Source: Octopus vulgaris
Taxonomy: Eukaryota
Reading direction: 5' to 3'
Length of the DNA: 64,000 nucleotides
NCBI GenBank assembly: GCA_951406725.2
Contig: OX597814.1
Location: 129,394,001 to 129,458,000 of the forward strand
Part shown: in pieces, positions 37,167 to 50,755 of the stretch
How positions within the stretch are numbered: the stretch's first letter is position 1
Layout of the letters: each line of letters begins with the position of its first letter
Program-made: the position numbers and the translations under genes
Notes under the pieces: model-generated
The model's database searches: none
Told to the model about the DNA's origin: nothing
What the model saw: only the letters and a program-made list of their open reading frames with translations

Positions 37167-38363
37167 GTATATGCATATGTGTTTGAATGTTTGTATGTAT
37201 GTGTATATCCTTGTCTAGACGTCACATGATGGTTTTAAATGAGCATAGATGGCATACCAGCAAGGTAGTCTGCTTCCAGTCTTCTGTGAAAACATATTGG
37301 GACAGGGAAAAATTATACCTTGCTTGGAAACTCTATTGAGTTGGCATGCATCTACATCCTTATAACTTAATAGCTTGGCTAAAGAGACTAATAAAATAAA
37401 CAAGTACAAGGGTTGAAAAAAGTCCTGGGGCCATTTCATTTAACTAAAATTTCTTCAAGGCAGTGACCCTGCATGATCACAGTCTAATAACTGAAGCAAG
37501 TAAACTACGCACACACATCATAAAGACTACATTGTGCAGGGTTCATAGCAACCTCATTAGTGCTGGTACATGGTGATAAAAATGCACCCAGTACCTCCTG
37601 TAGATGGGTTGGTGAATGATGGAGAGACCGCATAGAGCAGGGAGGAATCTTTAGGCTTATCAAGGACTAAGGACTTGACGGCAGCTTTGTTGCTGGTGTC
37701 CCATTACACCAAGTACTCAATGTAATGTGGTTAGTGTAAGGAAAGGCATCAATATGAAAAAACCAAGTCAAAAGGAAACATATGAACAAGACATGGCCCT
37801 CCAGCTTATCTAAGACGGTAATAACTCCAAATAAAAACTGACTTGGATTGTGATGACCCTTACCAACGCATATGATGATTATGATGGAGTATATCGCCTT
37901 GGTTTGGCAGAACTGGAAGACCTAACAAATAAACTTTATGGTTTTGGTTACTTCCCTTTACACTTGGGTTGTCATCAGTTCCCAACATAAAGTCGGTAAA
38001 ATAAGTACCAGACAAAAGTATTGGGATTAATACAATAAACTAAAACCCCTTAAAGGCAGTACTCCAGCATGGCCACGGTCCAGTGACTAAAATCAGTTAA
38101 AGAATGTATGAACTAATTTCAAAATAGAATTACAATTTTAGTGAGTGATAGAGAGGGAGAAAGAAAGAACAGAAAAAGCAATCATTGAAATTAAATATCA
38201 GATGTTTTGATAAAATAATTCATTTACTGTTACAGCAATCTATCAATCAGTGAGACACAGTTTCACAATGTTATTTTAGATTCTGTTTCAGACAAACGAA
38301 AAAGGTTGATGACATGCTTGTCAGATGCTTACACAGACATGCAGAGAGCATTACATTAAGCAA

Positions 38364-38700
38364 ATCATCATCATCATCGTTTAACGTCCGTTTTCCATGC
38401 TAGCATGGGTTGGACGGTTCGACCGGGGTCTGGGAAGCCAGAAGGGCTGCACCAGGCTCCAGTCTGATCTGGCAGTGTTTCTACAGCTGGATGCCCTTCC
38501 TAATGCCAACCACTCCACGAGTGTAGTGGGTGCTTTTTTACGTGCCACCGGCACAGGTGCCAGGCAAGGCTGGCAACGGCCATGATCGGTTGGTGCTTTT
38601 TACATGCCACCGGCACGGAAGCCAGTCAAGGCGGCGCTGGCATCGGCCACGTTCGGATGGTGCTTTTTATGTGCCACCGGCACAGGGATCACAACTACAA
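38364..38700 (-). mobile_element. RTE tail copy
   Basis: Same cassette with three gtgccaccggcac modules. Confidence 0.85.
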
Positions 38701-39423
38701 ATGGAGAGAGATATGATTTGCTCCTTGAATATAATGCCAGCTTTTGCTAGTAACACTCCTTGAAGATCTGATAACCTAGGTGAAATGAGACAACTATGGA
38801 ATGTAAGTAAAATGCAAGCCTAAATGTGCAACACAAGAGCTGATTTACTTTAAAAAAAAACATAACCAACCGCCCATTTTGTTTCTACTGTTAGATAATA
38901 GATACGGACCGCAATAAACACTTTGATAGCAGATTTATGTCAGTCTGTTTAAAGTACAGTAATTTAAGTCAGGAAGGTATTATTATAAAAATAAAGTTAA
39001 TTATAGATTTAGTGAAAATATGCTAATCAATATATATGATCACCAGCTTCAATTATGTTATTTAATTTTCTGTTTTGGCAGGGTTTTTTTTTTTAAATTT
39101 CTATTTTCATTTATCTTCTATTTTTTACTTGTTTTAATCAATAGACTGCAGCCATGCTGGGTCACTGCCTTGAAGGGTTTTAGTCAAAGAAATCAACCCC
39201 AGTACTTGCTGAGTAAGCGAGGAGAGATTCCTTTGATATTAGACAGTAGTTATTTACCATTGTAATCAGTCACAGGACTATAATGCAGACAAGTAATTTA
39301 TTAGCTTACAATACTGAGTTCATTTTCTTCCTACAGAAAAATCTATCAATTGTAAGACTACCCAAGGGAAGAATTTTTTTTTTGTATTTCTTGTCAGCAT
39401 AATGTCACAGCATATGTTATTAA

Positions 39424-39935
39424 CCATTCGTGGGCTAGCAGGGTCCCTTGGGACCCAAAAAAATTTTTTAAGTTACGCAAATTTTACATTTTTTATTTAA
39501 ATGATTTTATATCTCATGACTTTTATTGTCAGTAGTTTATGTAAGTACATACAAATTTTGAGTTAAAAATTTCCAGTCATATGGACATTATAGCATAAAA
39601 CATGGTCATTGGAGTCCAACTGGACTCTATTGACCTTCGGTGAAATTATTTTTTCTGTTCTTCTTTCAGATATTCTGATGAACCAAAAGTCAATTTTCAT
39701 CATATTTGTACTGGTATGAATCAATATACTTTTTTGTTTTATTTTATATTTAGTGCTATATATATAGTTTATAAACTATCAAAAAAAGTGCTAAATTTCT
39801 TGTTCTGTATCATGCACTCACATATATACAAGGTTAAATGAATATTACCTTATGGATAGTGCAGAAATGCGCAAAAATAAAAGGGGACCCCAATGGCCTT
39901 TTGTCTAATTCCAACCCCTGTCAGCCTACAAAGGG
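39424..39935. mobile_element. piggyBac-like MITE, second family
   Basis: TTAA on both sides. Imperfect TIRs ccattcgtgggctagcaggg / ccctgtcagcctacaaaggg. Confidence 0.7.
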
Positions 39936-40789
39936 TTAAGCATTAATCTAGCAGTTCAAGGAGGTTTGTGAAAGGACAAAGACATACAAAGAAGGGCCAA
40001 GGCAAAGAACAATAAAAGGACGACATTTTAGCAATGTAGAGAAAGGAGGAGATTGAAAATATATGTTTCATGAAAAGGACAATGTTTGATGCTTATAAAA
40101 TTAAGCATGACTGTGTGGTTAAGAACCATGTTTTGAGTTCAATCCCACAGCATGACACCTTGGGAAAGCATGTTCTACTATTGCTCCAAACCAAAAAATG
40201 CATTGAGACTGAATTTAGTAAATGGAAACTGTGTGGAAACCCATCAAGTGTGCATGTGTTTCTGACAATTGTTGTTGGTTTATTTATGTCCCTGCAACTT
40301 AGTGATTAATCAAAAGAGACCAATAGAATAAGTGCCAGACTTTTATCATTCTTCATTACCACGCTCTCACAACAATAAATTTGTCCTCATCACCTTGCCC
40401 AAAGTCATCCCTCTCCCCTAACTTTTCTGGTGTGGTGGTTGTTTAGCCTTAGTTACAAGGTAATCTCACCTGTACAGGTACCACACAAAAAGCACTTCAT
40501 ATACTCTGCAAAGAGGTCAGTATTAAGAAGGGCATCCAGCCATAGAAGCCATGCTGAAACTAATGCATTAGAGTACAGCAAGTTCCTCCAACTTGTCAGA
40601 TTCATGTTAAACTATCCAGCCCATGCTAACATGTGAATGTGTGGGGGTCTGTGCATAAGGGGAATGTAAAACAATAATAATTTCATTTATTCTACATCTT
40701 TCTATAATAACCACAATCATCTCATCATTATTTTTATATAGGCACAGGCATGGCAATAGGTGCAGGTGTGGTTATAAGTGCAGGTGTGG

Positions 40790-41210
40790 CAATAAGCACA
40801 AGCATGGTTGTGTGGTAAGAAGCTTGCTTCCCAACCACATGGTTCCAGGTTCAGTCCCACTGCATGGCACCTTGGGCAAGTGTTTTCTACTATAGCCTCG
40901 GGCCAACTGAAGCCTTATGAGTGGAGTGAGTAAACAGAAACTGAAAGAAGCCCATCATATATCTATATTTATGTGTGTGTGTTTGTGTGTGTGGCTTTGT
41001 GTCCATGTTTGCTCCTCACCATCATTTGATAACTGGTGTTGGTTTGTTTATGTCCCTGTTACCTAGCTATTTAGCAAAAGCAACCACTAGTACCAGGCTT
41101 TAAAAAAAATGTACCGGAGTGGGGGGGGTCAATTCATTCGACTAAGAATTCTTCAAGGCAGTGCTCCAGCATGGTCGCAGTCTAATGACCAAAACAAGTA
41201 AAAAATAAAA
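40790..41210 (+). mobile_element. SINE family A, preceded by short tandem copies of its 5' end
   Basis: Short ggcacaggcatggc/ggtgcaggtgtgg units at 40741-40810 run into the head. Confidence 0.8.
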
Positions 41211-41312
41211 GACATATTCACTTTTCTATGCCTGCCTTGAACACGTCCTCTCCAGCACCCAGTATTCAGTCCCTCCTTATCTCCTCTGTGAGGTTCAGCC
41301 TCTTGAGATCTA

Positions 41313-41784
41313 CCGTAAATCCTCGAGTATAATCCACACCTTTTTCCCAAAATTTAAAGGGCAAAATCTCTAGTGCGTACGAGGTTAAAAATGAAAATTA
41401 TTTTCTAAGCAATGTCCGAGTCTCTATTTGCTGTCCGGAATGTTTATTCAGACGCATTTTGTGATGTCGGGCGCGAAAATACCTTAAATCATCCATAACT
41501 TGCAGTTAGCAACATTTATTAAACGTCATTACTGTTATTTCTTTATTTTCTGCAAACAAAATGCACAAAAAAGCTACACGTTTGTATTATGTTATATATA
41601 CAATAATAATAAAGGACGTTACCGTATACAGTTTTACAAACCAAGGACGTTATATAGACCTCCTTGACTCAAGTTAGAGAAGGGGTGTGTATTATACACA
41701 AGGTTTAGGTTTTTCAGAGGTACAGCCCCCTAAAAATCCCCTGCATATTATACTCAAGGGCGGACTATACTTGAGGATTTATGG
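41313..41784. mobile_element. Tc1/mariner-superfamily (Tc2-like) MITE
   Basis: TA|ccgtaaatcctcgagtata ... tatacttgaggatttatgg|TA. Confidence 0.85.
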
Positions 41785-41971
41785 TACTTTCACCATATCT
41801 CTATCTTTTACAGGTTCTTTCTACTTGGATTGTTTGAGTTTTTTCTTTTTTCTCTTTTTCCCCAACAGCAATAATTAGTAGATCTAACAGAGTAACTTAT
41901 GACATTCTATGTAATTCTATTTAGTTCACAATTAAATTCATTAAATAAAGTCTGAAAGGATAATATACAAC

Positions 41972-42114
41972 TTCACATAATTTTAAGTCCTGAAAGTGCA
42001 TTTTTAATTGTTATTAGTGACGTCAAGAGTGTTACTGATGTTGTCATCATTAGCCAATATAGACATCACTAACGAGAATTAAAAATGAACTTTCAAGACT
42101 TAAAAGTATGTGAA
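41972..42114. repeat. Old imperfect inverted repeat (~53-bp arms)
   Basis: ttcacataattttaagtcctgaaagtgcatttttaatt...ttagtgacgtc versus gacatcactaa...aattaaaaatgaactttcaagacttaaaagtatgtgaa. Confidence 0.7.
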
Positions 42115-42725
42115 ATGCAATTACATTAAATAATTTTCTTCCAAACTTTGCTAAAAGTATTTCTATGTTACTTTTTTCTATTTTTTTTTTTTACCAGCAT
42201 GGAAGATGAATGATGATGATGATGACAACTATTTTATATGAACGTTTCTTTTTTTTCTATTTATCTAATTCCTGGCATTCATTAATGTATTTGTCTGCAG
42301 ATGCAACTATTGCCCTAGCAGAAAAGTACTTAAGTGCTAAACAGCAGGAATAGAAATGGCCAAGAGATAAAATTAAGATAACATTCACAGAAACATTTAA
42401 ACCATTTCTTCAGCTTTTAAAGAGTATTAAGGAGCCAACAGTTGGCTATTAATTACACAGATGCCGAAAGGCTAATTAACTGAAGCGTTAGGTCACTGGA
42501 TGGAATTCTGAACTAGAGTTCAAACTTTGATATTAATCAAAAATCAGAAAATACTTCAGATCAGACAACTCCAAACTCTTTACAAAGCTCAGGTGAAATC
42601 TACAATAGAGTACTGATCTTCTATCTGTAGTGGGAGCTGTTGGTTTACACACATAGATATCAGATCACATCCAAAGGAAAGTCACTCAACTGATGGGCAC
42701 AAGATCATCAATACACTGTCTAGAT

Positions 42726-43053
42726 CAATGGCTCTCAACCGGGGTCCATATACGATTTGGGGACTGGGGTTCATGCAACAAAATAATAAATTGGGATTCC
42801 ACAACAGTATTATAAGGGTCCCTGAAAAATTTTTGCTTTAGATGTATGTATTGGTATGTACTGCAAGAAACAGCTCGATTTCTTTCTTTAACATATTTCA
42901 ACCTACGTGAGTTAATGTGTGAAAAGCAACATAGGAATTTTGAAAGAAGTTTCTATAAAATTAGTTTTTAAATATCGAATGGCTATGGGGGTCCACCGGA
43001 ATAAAATAATAATCGAAGGGGGTCCATACATAAAAAATGGTTGAGAAACCCTG
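42726..43053. mobile_element. hAT-like MITE (same family as 2480-2762)
   Basis: Ends caatggctctcaacc / ggttgagaaaccctg. The left flank gtctagat fits a hAT target; the right TSD copy is diverged. Confidence 0.75.
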
Positions 43054-44724
43054 GTCCACTTTTGGCATCTTTTTACTGTTAGTACAATGGCCTCAACTCT
43101 CTTGTGTCATGCTAGCTCACTTAAGCACTCCAAACTCGCATGTCTCCTCATCATGTCCCCATACTGCGTGTTCCCTTCTCTACCCCCTCACTAACAACAG
43201 TTCTTAGTTCATCTTCCCTGGAAAGTCATCTCTCTGAAGTTTCTTTCTTGCATATGTATTTTCTGCAGCCAATATCAAGCACATTTTCAAGAGAAACATT
43301 AACTGTGTCAATCTCACTGGTTTCAAAGGACATGCAAAGTCCAAGGGCACAGCCCTTTCTTCCAGACAAAACCCATAAAAAAATAAATTATCTTTAACAA
43401 CAACAACAACAACAGTTGCTGCCACCACCACCATTTGACATCCATTTTCCATGCTGGTATGGCCTGGGTGGTTTGACATGGGGTTGGACAGCTGGGAGCT
43501 GACCAGATTCCAACTGTCTGTTGTGGCATGATTTCTACAGTTGGATGCCCTTCCTAATGCCAATCACTTAATATGCTGGGTTCTTTAAATCCATTATATG
43601 AGAAAATGCAATTTAAGTTACAAATACTGAAAAGACATTTATCAATAATCCACATTCACATATTTCAGTCATCATTATCCCTTTGACATTTTTTTCATAT
43701 ATGTCCTCAGAAAACAAATAATGGTGGTGCTCCAGCATGGCTGCAGCTCTCAAGCTGAAACTAGTTAAAGTTAAATATATAAGTTGAATATGTCTGGATT
43801 GGAATATATTTCCAGATCTTGTAGGTGCATGTGTAGCTGTGTGATTAATAAATTTGCTTCCCAGCCAGGTAATCTAAGGTGAAGTTCCACTATGTGACAT
43901 CTTGGGCAAGTGTCTTCTACTATAACCCCAGGCCAACCAAAGCCTTGTGAGCAGGTTTGGTAGACAGAAACTAAAAGAAGACTGGCATGTGTCTGAATGT
44001 ATTCTTGCCATGACCTCATGAGATGGTTGTAAATGAGGACCACTGTCATATAAGTGGTGTTGTTTGTTTCTTGTCTTCTGCAAAAAAGCATGTCTGGCCA
44101 TGGGGAAATATTACCTAACTTAGAAAAGAAAATGGGGCAGCAATAGGAAGGGCAATCTGGCCATAGAAAATCGGCTTCAATAAATTCCATCTAACCCATG
44201 CAAGCAGAGAAAAGTAGATGTTAAAACAATGAAGATGATGATGAAGCTGACCTTCCTAGTGTGATGTTCATAATTTATGTAAACCCTAAACCACTCAATA
44301 TTTCCAGACATATAAATATATTTCTAATGTGTGTCACTGATGAAACACAGACTTGTAGGACCACTATCAGCTTAAACAATTATCTTTCTTTGTAATATTC
44401 CAGCTTATGTCAAGTGTTTGTAGCCTTCAGTGGTCAATGAATACTGCTCCTTACTATCATGTAGTACTTACTCATTCAACATAGTGTCCATTATCACATG
44501 GACAGGTAAGTACAGATGCTTATCTAGTGTGTAGCGACTAATGCATTTCCTTTATACATAAAAGCATTCTTTTATTAGCTTACAATCAGGTTTATTTCTG
44601 AAGTCCCCCACCATTACATGCACAGCTCAATCAACTCCAGTTAATACAGAATCTCGGCCCTCATCGCTATTCAACACAACACTTGATATTACGCCTACTT
44701 CCTGGGAAAATGATAACTAATCAA

Positions 44725-45153
44725 TTTTTATGTGTCACCGGCACGGGTATCTTAACTACAATTTCCATTTGATTTTGATTTTTCAACACCAACATCAAAA
44801 TCAAAATAAAGATCAAATGGAAATTGTAGTTAAGATACCCGAGCTGGTGACACATAAAAAGCACCGTCCGAACGTGGCAGATGCCAGCACTGCCTGACTG
44901 GCATCCGTGTTGGTGACACATAAAAGCACCAACCGATCGTGGCCGTTTGCCAGCCTCCCCTGGCCCCTGTGCCGGTGGCACGTAAAAACACCCACTACAC
45001 TCATGGAGTGGTTGGCGTTAGGAAGGGCATCCAGCTGTAGAAACACTGCCAGATCAGACTGGAGCCTGGTGCAGCCTCCTGGCTTCCCAGACCCCAGTCG
45101 AACCGTCCAACCCATGCTAGCATGGAAAACGGACGTTAAACGATGATGACGAT
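44725..45153 (+). mobile_element. RTE tail copy with inverted duplication at its 5' end
   Basis: 44725-44780 is the reverse complement of about 44800-44860. The tail ends gttaaacgatgatgacgatg. Confidence 0.85.
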
Positions 45154-45609
45154 GAAAGAGTTTCAAATGTTAAATATTGTTCTGACAATTCGGGTATACA
45201 TTAACATTTGCAGAGCAAACATATGCAGGCAAGAGTAAACAAATAACAAATAAATAAATACATAACAAATGTTTTAACAAAGAAGCTGAAAGCTACAAAA
45301 GATTATATTTCTTTTCAGAACATAATTCCTTTAGATTGGATATAAGTTCAATGTTGTCACAAACAAATGCTCATAAAATTCTCCATTATTTGCAGTAAAT
45401 CTCACCAGCAACTAATATCATTATGAACAGCATCTCATGGAAATTCAATTTCTCTTGAATCAATAGATTTTTGTCTTTTGCAATACTCAGCAGGATCGTT
45501 AGAAATAATAGGAATTAAATTTTATACACAAGATTTCCCAGGAATTCATAACAATGATTAGTTCTTAATATTCTGTTTAAAAAAAAAATCACACAAAAAC
45601 CAAAATAAT

Positions 45610-45972
45610 AACAAAAGCACCCAGAGAGCAGAAACCTCTGCCAAGGCAAAAGCAACGGCCACTCAACGATTAGCCAGAGAGGATTTTTAAAATGAGAATA
45701 TCTGAAATAAACTCGACTGTTCTCACAAATAAGAATACTAAACATGAACCTGACGGTTCTCAAAAATTAAATAAAAAAAAACAGGAAAATTAATCCAGAA
45801 TTCTTGTCCAGTACCAGATCAATCCCAAAATCTAATCAGTTCATGCCAGTCACGAGGTCAAACATCCCTGAAAGTTTCATCCGAATCCATCCAACTGTTT
45901 TTGAGATGTTCACGGACAAACAAACAAACACGACTGAAAACAACACCTCCACCTTTGCTAAGGTGGAGGTAA
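45610..45972. mobile_element. Helentron/HINE-like non-autonomous element
   Basis: Starts aacaaaagcacccagagagcagaaacctctgccaagg, has an internal (acaa)n, and ends in hairpin acctccacc-tttgctaa-ggtggaggt-aa that also matches the subterminal acctctgcc. Confidence 0.65.
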
Positions 45973-46659
45973 TAAAGTGATGAAGTTTCTATGCTAAAAA
46001 TCATCTTCAGTGTATATTTGTTTTTCTAAGCTTGTATGGGTTGAACAGTTTTCTCCAGTACAGTGTCAGATCCTTGATGAGATCTAATCTCCTAAGACCA
46101 ACCTTCACCATTGCTTCCTAGGTTATCCGCAGCCTTCTTCCCAGGATCTCTTACACTTCGTCTTCACCATCATACCCTGCCTAACATCAACCACTTTGCA
46201 GCAATGCATGTTTTTTGTACCACCAGTACTAGCAAGGCCATCATGCAGTTTGCAAGACTATGACCCCAACCCTGCAGGAGAAACAGGGGGACTTATGCAA
46301 GGAGATGAAGGGGAAAAAGATGGGTAAAACTATGAGAGGAGAGTCCAGAGCAGAACAGTTTTCTTGTTGGATAAGAGCTACATGACTACTCAAATTTTAG
46401 AAGAGTGGGAGTGATTGCGTGGAACCAGAGAGTGATGAGGAAAGTAGTAGGAGATGACTGACAGAGCTGAGCAGAAGGGTTAAAAGAAAGTTGACGTTGG
46501 GTAGGCTTCATAAGTGGATAGGGAATTTCACCCCCCTTGGATTGCTAAGTACTTCATTACCCAACTGCATCACATAACCGTATTATCTTCCTTCTACTAT
46601 TCTACACCTGATTTCTCTTACACGGTTTTTCTCTCAGCTTATTTGTCCTCCATTACTCT

Positions 46660-46881
46660 TTTACTCTCTCTTTTTTACTCTTTTATTTGTTTCAGTCATT
46701 TGACTGCGGCCGTGCTGGAGTACTACCTTTAGTCGAGCAAACTGACCCCAGGACTTATTCTTTGTAAGCCTAGTACTTATTCTATCAATCTCTTTTTGCC
46801 GAACCACTAAGTTACGGCGGACGTAAAAACACCACCATCGGTTGTTAAGCGATGTTGAAGGGGACAAACACAGACACACAA

Positions 46882-46923
<42 letters not shown>

Positions 46924-47154
46924 CATATATACGATGGGATTCTTTTCAGTTTCCGTCTACCAAATCCACTCACAAGGCTTTGGTCCACCCGAGGCTATAG
47001 TGGAAGACATTTGCACAAGGTGCCATGCAGTGGAACTGAATCCAGAACCATGTGTTTGGTAAGCAAGCTACTTACCACTAAAGCCTTGTAAGTGGATTTG
47101 GTAGATGGAAACTGAAAGAAGCCTGTCGTATATATGTATGTATGTATATATATA

Positions 47155-47209
<55 letters not shown>

Positions 47210-47433
47210 GTGTTTGTGTGTATGTTTGTGTGTATGTTTGTCCCCCCAACAACACTTGACAACTGATGCTGGTGTGCTTGTATCCGCGTAACTTAGCGGT
47301 TCGGCAAAAGCAACCGATAGAATAAGTACTAGACTTACAAAGAATAAGTCCTGGGGTCGATTTGCTCAACTAAAGGCGGTGCTCCAGCATGGCCACAGTC
47401 AAATGACTGAAGCAAGTAAAAGAGAGTAAAAGA
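46660..47433. mobile_element. Two family-A SINEs fused head-to-head (minus copy 46660-47079, headless plus copy 47080-47433)
   Basis: The junction cttaccac|taaagccttgtaagtggatttgg has no spacer DNA. Confidence 0.9.
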
Positions 47434-47467
47434 GGCAATATCTGTTATCAAAAAACAAAACAACTTA

Positions 47468-47784
47468 CAGTGGAACCTCAGTTTATGAATGCTTCTCATA
47501 AAAAGCAAATAGGTTCAAAAAATAGGTTTACAGACAGTTTTTTGAACATAAAACATCTCGGGTGACAAATAATGCTTTGAGCAATGAGCTTGTAAGCTGG
47601 CAACAGTGGTTGGCAACAAGCTGAGAATGCTAGCAAGGGAGCGTCAGTTGCTGTCTAGCTTTTGCTCAAATTCGTCATGTCTTCTCTTACATTTCCTATG
47701 GGAAAAACAGTTTTGGTTTACAAGCATTTCAGGTGACAACCAGCCTTCAGGAGCAAATTAAATTTGTAAACCAGGGTTACACTG
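47468..47784. mobile_element. pogo/Tigger-like MITE
   Basis: TA|cagtggaacctcagtttatgaa ... tttgtaaaccagggttacactg. The right-hand TSD is mutated. Confidence 0.7.
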
Positions 47785-48831
47785 TTTTGTTTTTTTTTGT
47801 ATTCTTACTGCTAGTTTCTTATTTTTACTGTGAATTTCGAACGGCAGCAATCTAAATACAATCCCACTTTTAAATGATTTTTAAGTTTTTTAAAATCTTG
47901 ATATTTTACTGATAACTTGAAAACACAAATAGACCATCAACTGTCACTTGTGCCGGTGGCATGTAAAAAGCACCCTTGTAAAGTTGGGCGATTTACTGTG
48001 CTTGAGAAGACCCATCAAGCCAAGTGAAATCGTAGTTGTGTCTGATGCCAGTTTCACATACCTGGCACCCATGCCAGTGGCACAGAAAAAGCACCTTTTG
48101 AACTTTGGGCCTTGTGGAGGCAGTGGCAAGTAACCGAGATCATTGGCAATATAGATATTTGAGAAGACCTGTCAAACCAAGTGAGATTGTAGTCATGACA
48201 GATGCTGATGTTTCATAACTGGCACTCAAGCAGATGGCACGTGAAAGGCACCCACTACACTCTTGGAGTGGTTGGCATTAGGAAGGGCATTCAGCTGTAG
48301 AAACCATGCCAAATCAGATTGGAGCCTGGTGCAGCTCTCCAGATTAACAGCCTCAGGCCAACTACGCCTGGCTAAATAATTTTAATAAACTAATGAAGGT
48401 ATTTGGTGTAATGAAGTATAGGGCCATATGAAATATTCAAAAGAGTCAACCAATATTCCAGTGAGAACCACATGTATATGAGAGCCAAAAAGGATAGTAA
48501 GTGTGCTGGACACCTACAACAGCAATAAAAAGAAGGCTAAATGGAACAGCTGATGGAAGAAAGCTGTTTTTGATCAACATTTACCAAACAGCATAGTATA
48601 TAGAAATGTACCATTTTCACAGAAATCATTAAACAATGCAGATTTAAGTTTACAGGACACAGTTGGTGAAGAAAAGATGTAGTTGTATGTCTGTTATTAC
48701 TATGGAAACCAGTACATGGTAGAAGAAGAGGAAGACCCTATTGAACATATGTTTAACAGTTGCTGGAGGACACAAACTTTGAGAGAAAATGTATTGGAGA
48801 GATGAAGGAGGACAGGGAAACGTGGAGACTA

Positions 48832-49063
48832 CGGCAGCGAGCTGGCAGAAATGTTAGCATGCCGGGCGAAATGCTTAGCAGAATTTCGTCTGTCTTTATG
48901 TTCTGAGTTCGAATTCCGCCAAGGTCGACTTTGTCTTTCATCCTTTTGGGGTCGATAAATTAAGTACCAGTTACGCACTGGGTTTGATGCAAACGGCTTA
49001 ATCCCTTCGTCTTTCTTTGTTTGTCCCCTTTATGTTTAGCCCCTTGCGGGCAATAAAGAAATA
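48832..49063 (+). mobile_element. SINE family B with 16-bp TSD
   Basis: TSD ggaaac(g/a)tggagacta at 48816-48831 and 49064-49079. Confidence 0.9.
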
Positions 49064-49336
49064 GGAAACATGGAGACTAGTTAACGGGATATAAGTGTGT
49101 TCAACATGATATGATAATAATGAAGCTCTAGTGGTCTCTGAAGGTGACAGAAACAGCAGTTAAATTCCACTCACAACACACTATACTGAGCAAAGTAGCC
49201 CAAGGTACACCATGCTTGAAAAAGACAAGAAAGTCATTACTAGAATGTCATTAATCATATTTCAGTCAGAGCCGACTTGGGGCTAAACAAAAACAAATTT
49301 ATGAACCAATTAGGGAGCCTCTGCATACTGCTTAAC

Positions 49337-49539
49337 TGCCGTTCAAGAATTTGGACCTAGAGATCTCCATTTCCAGCGACTTTGAGGGCCACCTCCCAGT
49401 GGTGTCGGGCGTCAAGGAAGAGCCCTCGACTACAAGAAGACAACCAAATTTTTTTTTCCAAGGTCTGGGGTCTCCTACCCCTAAGCCCTAGACCATCACC
49501 TAATCACCCTTACCCGTCTTGTTGCTTAACAACAACAAC
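49337..49539 (+). mobile_element. Short retroposon 3' end with (CAA)n tail and 11-bp TSD
   Basis: TSD tactgcttaac at 49326-49336 and 49540-49550. Confidence 0.75.
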
Positions 49540-50755
49540 TACTGCTTAACCTGCTAGAAACAAAACCCAAATTTCTCTCTAAACTACATCCAACCATGCC
49601 TTTTATTCTAAAATCATCTCAATGAAGGACTGACCCAAGGCTTGCCAGTTGCAAACTTTAAAATGAGTGACATTATCTTGCACTCTAGTATCTTAATGAA
49701 TGTGACACCCACACTTCTCTTCCACCTTCTCTTACCTCTCTCTGAAAGCAATGTGTTAGTTCTGAACTTCATTATTTTATTATAATTATTTACCAATGAC
49801 AGCTGACAGCAATAAAAGAAAATAACATGAATCTAAATTAAATGTAGTCTTTCATCATCATAAAGAGTGAAATATTGATCAGTAAGTCTAAATACTGTGG
49901 AAGCTAGTTATGGAAAACAGCTGTTATTTAATTGCTGAATTATAGATTATTACTGGAAATAAACAATCCAATAACAATGAACTGAGAGAAATTATGATAT
50001 ATACACAAGTAAAAAAAATACTGATGTTGTTAATGGAAACTGAAAGTGACAAAAGGAACTGGTGGCTTCAAAAGAGGACTAATACTACTGGTCTCAAATT
50101 TAGGGACAAGGCTAGTAAATTTTAAGGGAAGAAAATGGATACTGAACCAGAACTAGACTGGTACTTTGCTTTTCATCCTTATGGAGTCATTAAAATAAAG
50201 TTGACCTAGGCAGGATTTGAACTCAGAATACAATAGATCAAAACAAACACTGTAAAGCATTTTTTCTGACACTAACAATACTACCAACTTAACACCTTAA
50301 TGATACTAATGATATCATCTGACCCATGCAAGCATGAAAAAGTGGTCGTTAAAACAATGTTAACGCACACACACACAATTTAGCATATGGTATTTTTTGC
50401 TGCAATTAATGGCAACTTCCAGCTGATGGGGCTTTTGTATTGCATCCCTGGTTGAGCAAACCTATAAAGTATATCTTGGACTAAATTGACCAACGTGTTC
50501 TTCCTTAAGAGGGTGATGACAGAGTGATTTATGGAAAATTCAGCTGCTATTTTTAGTAGGATGAGTGACTGTCGACTTGTTCATCAATTGGTAAAATAGC
50601 ATTGCTTAATTTTACATCATGGAATGATATATAAACATTAATAAATTGACTTGAAGCATTTCCCATGCTGGAAGACTGGAGTAGCTTTCCAGTATGCCAG
50701 CCCAGTCAAACTGTCCAACCCATGCCAGCATGGACAACAGACATTAAATGATGAT

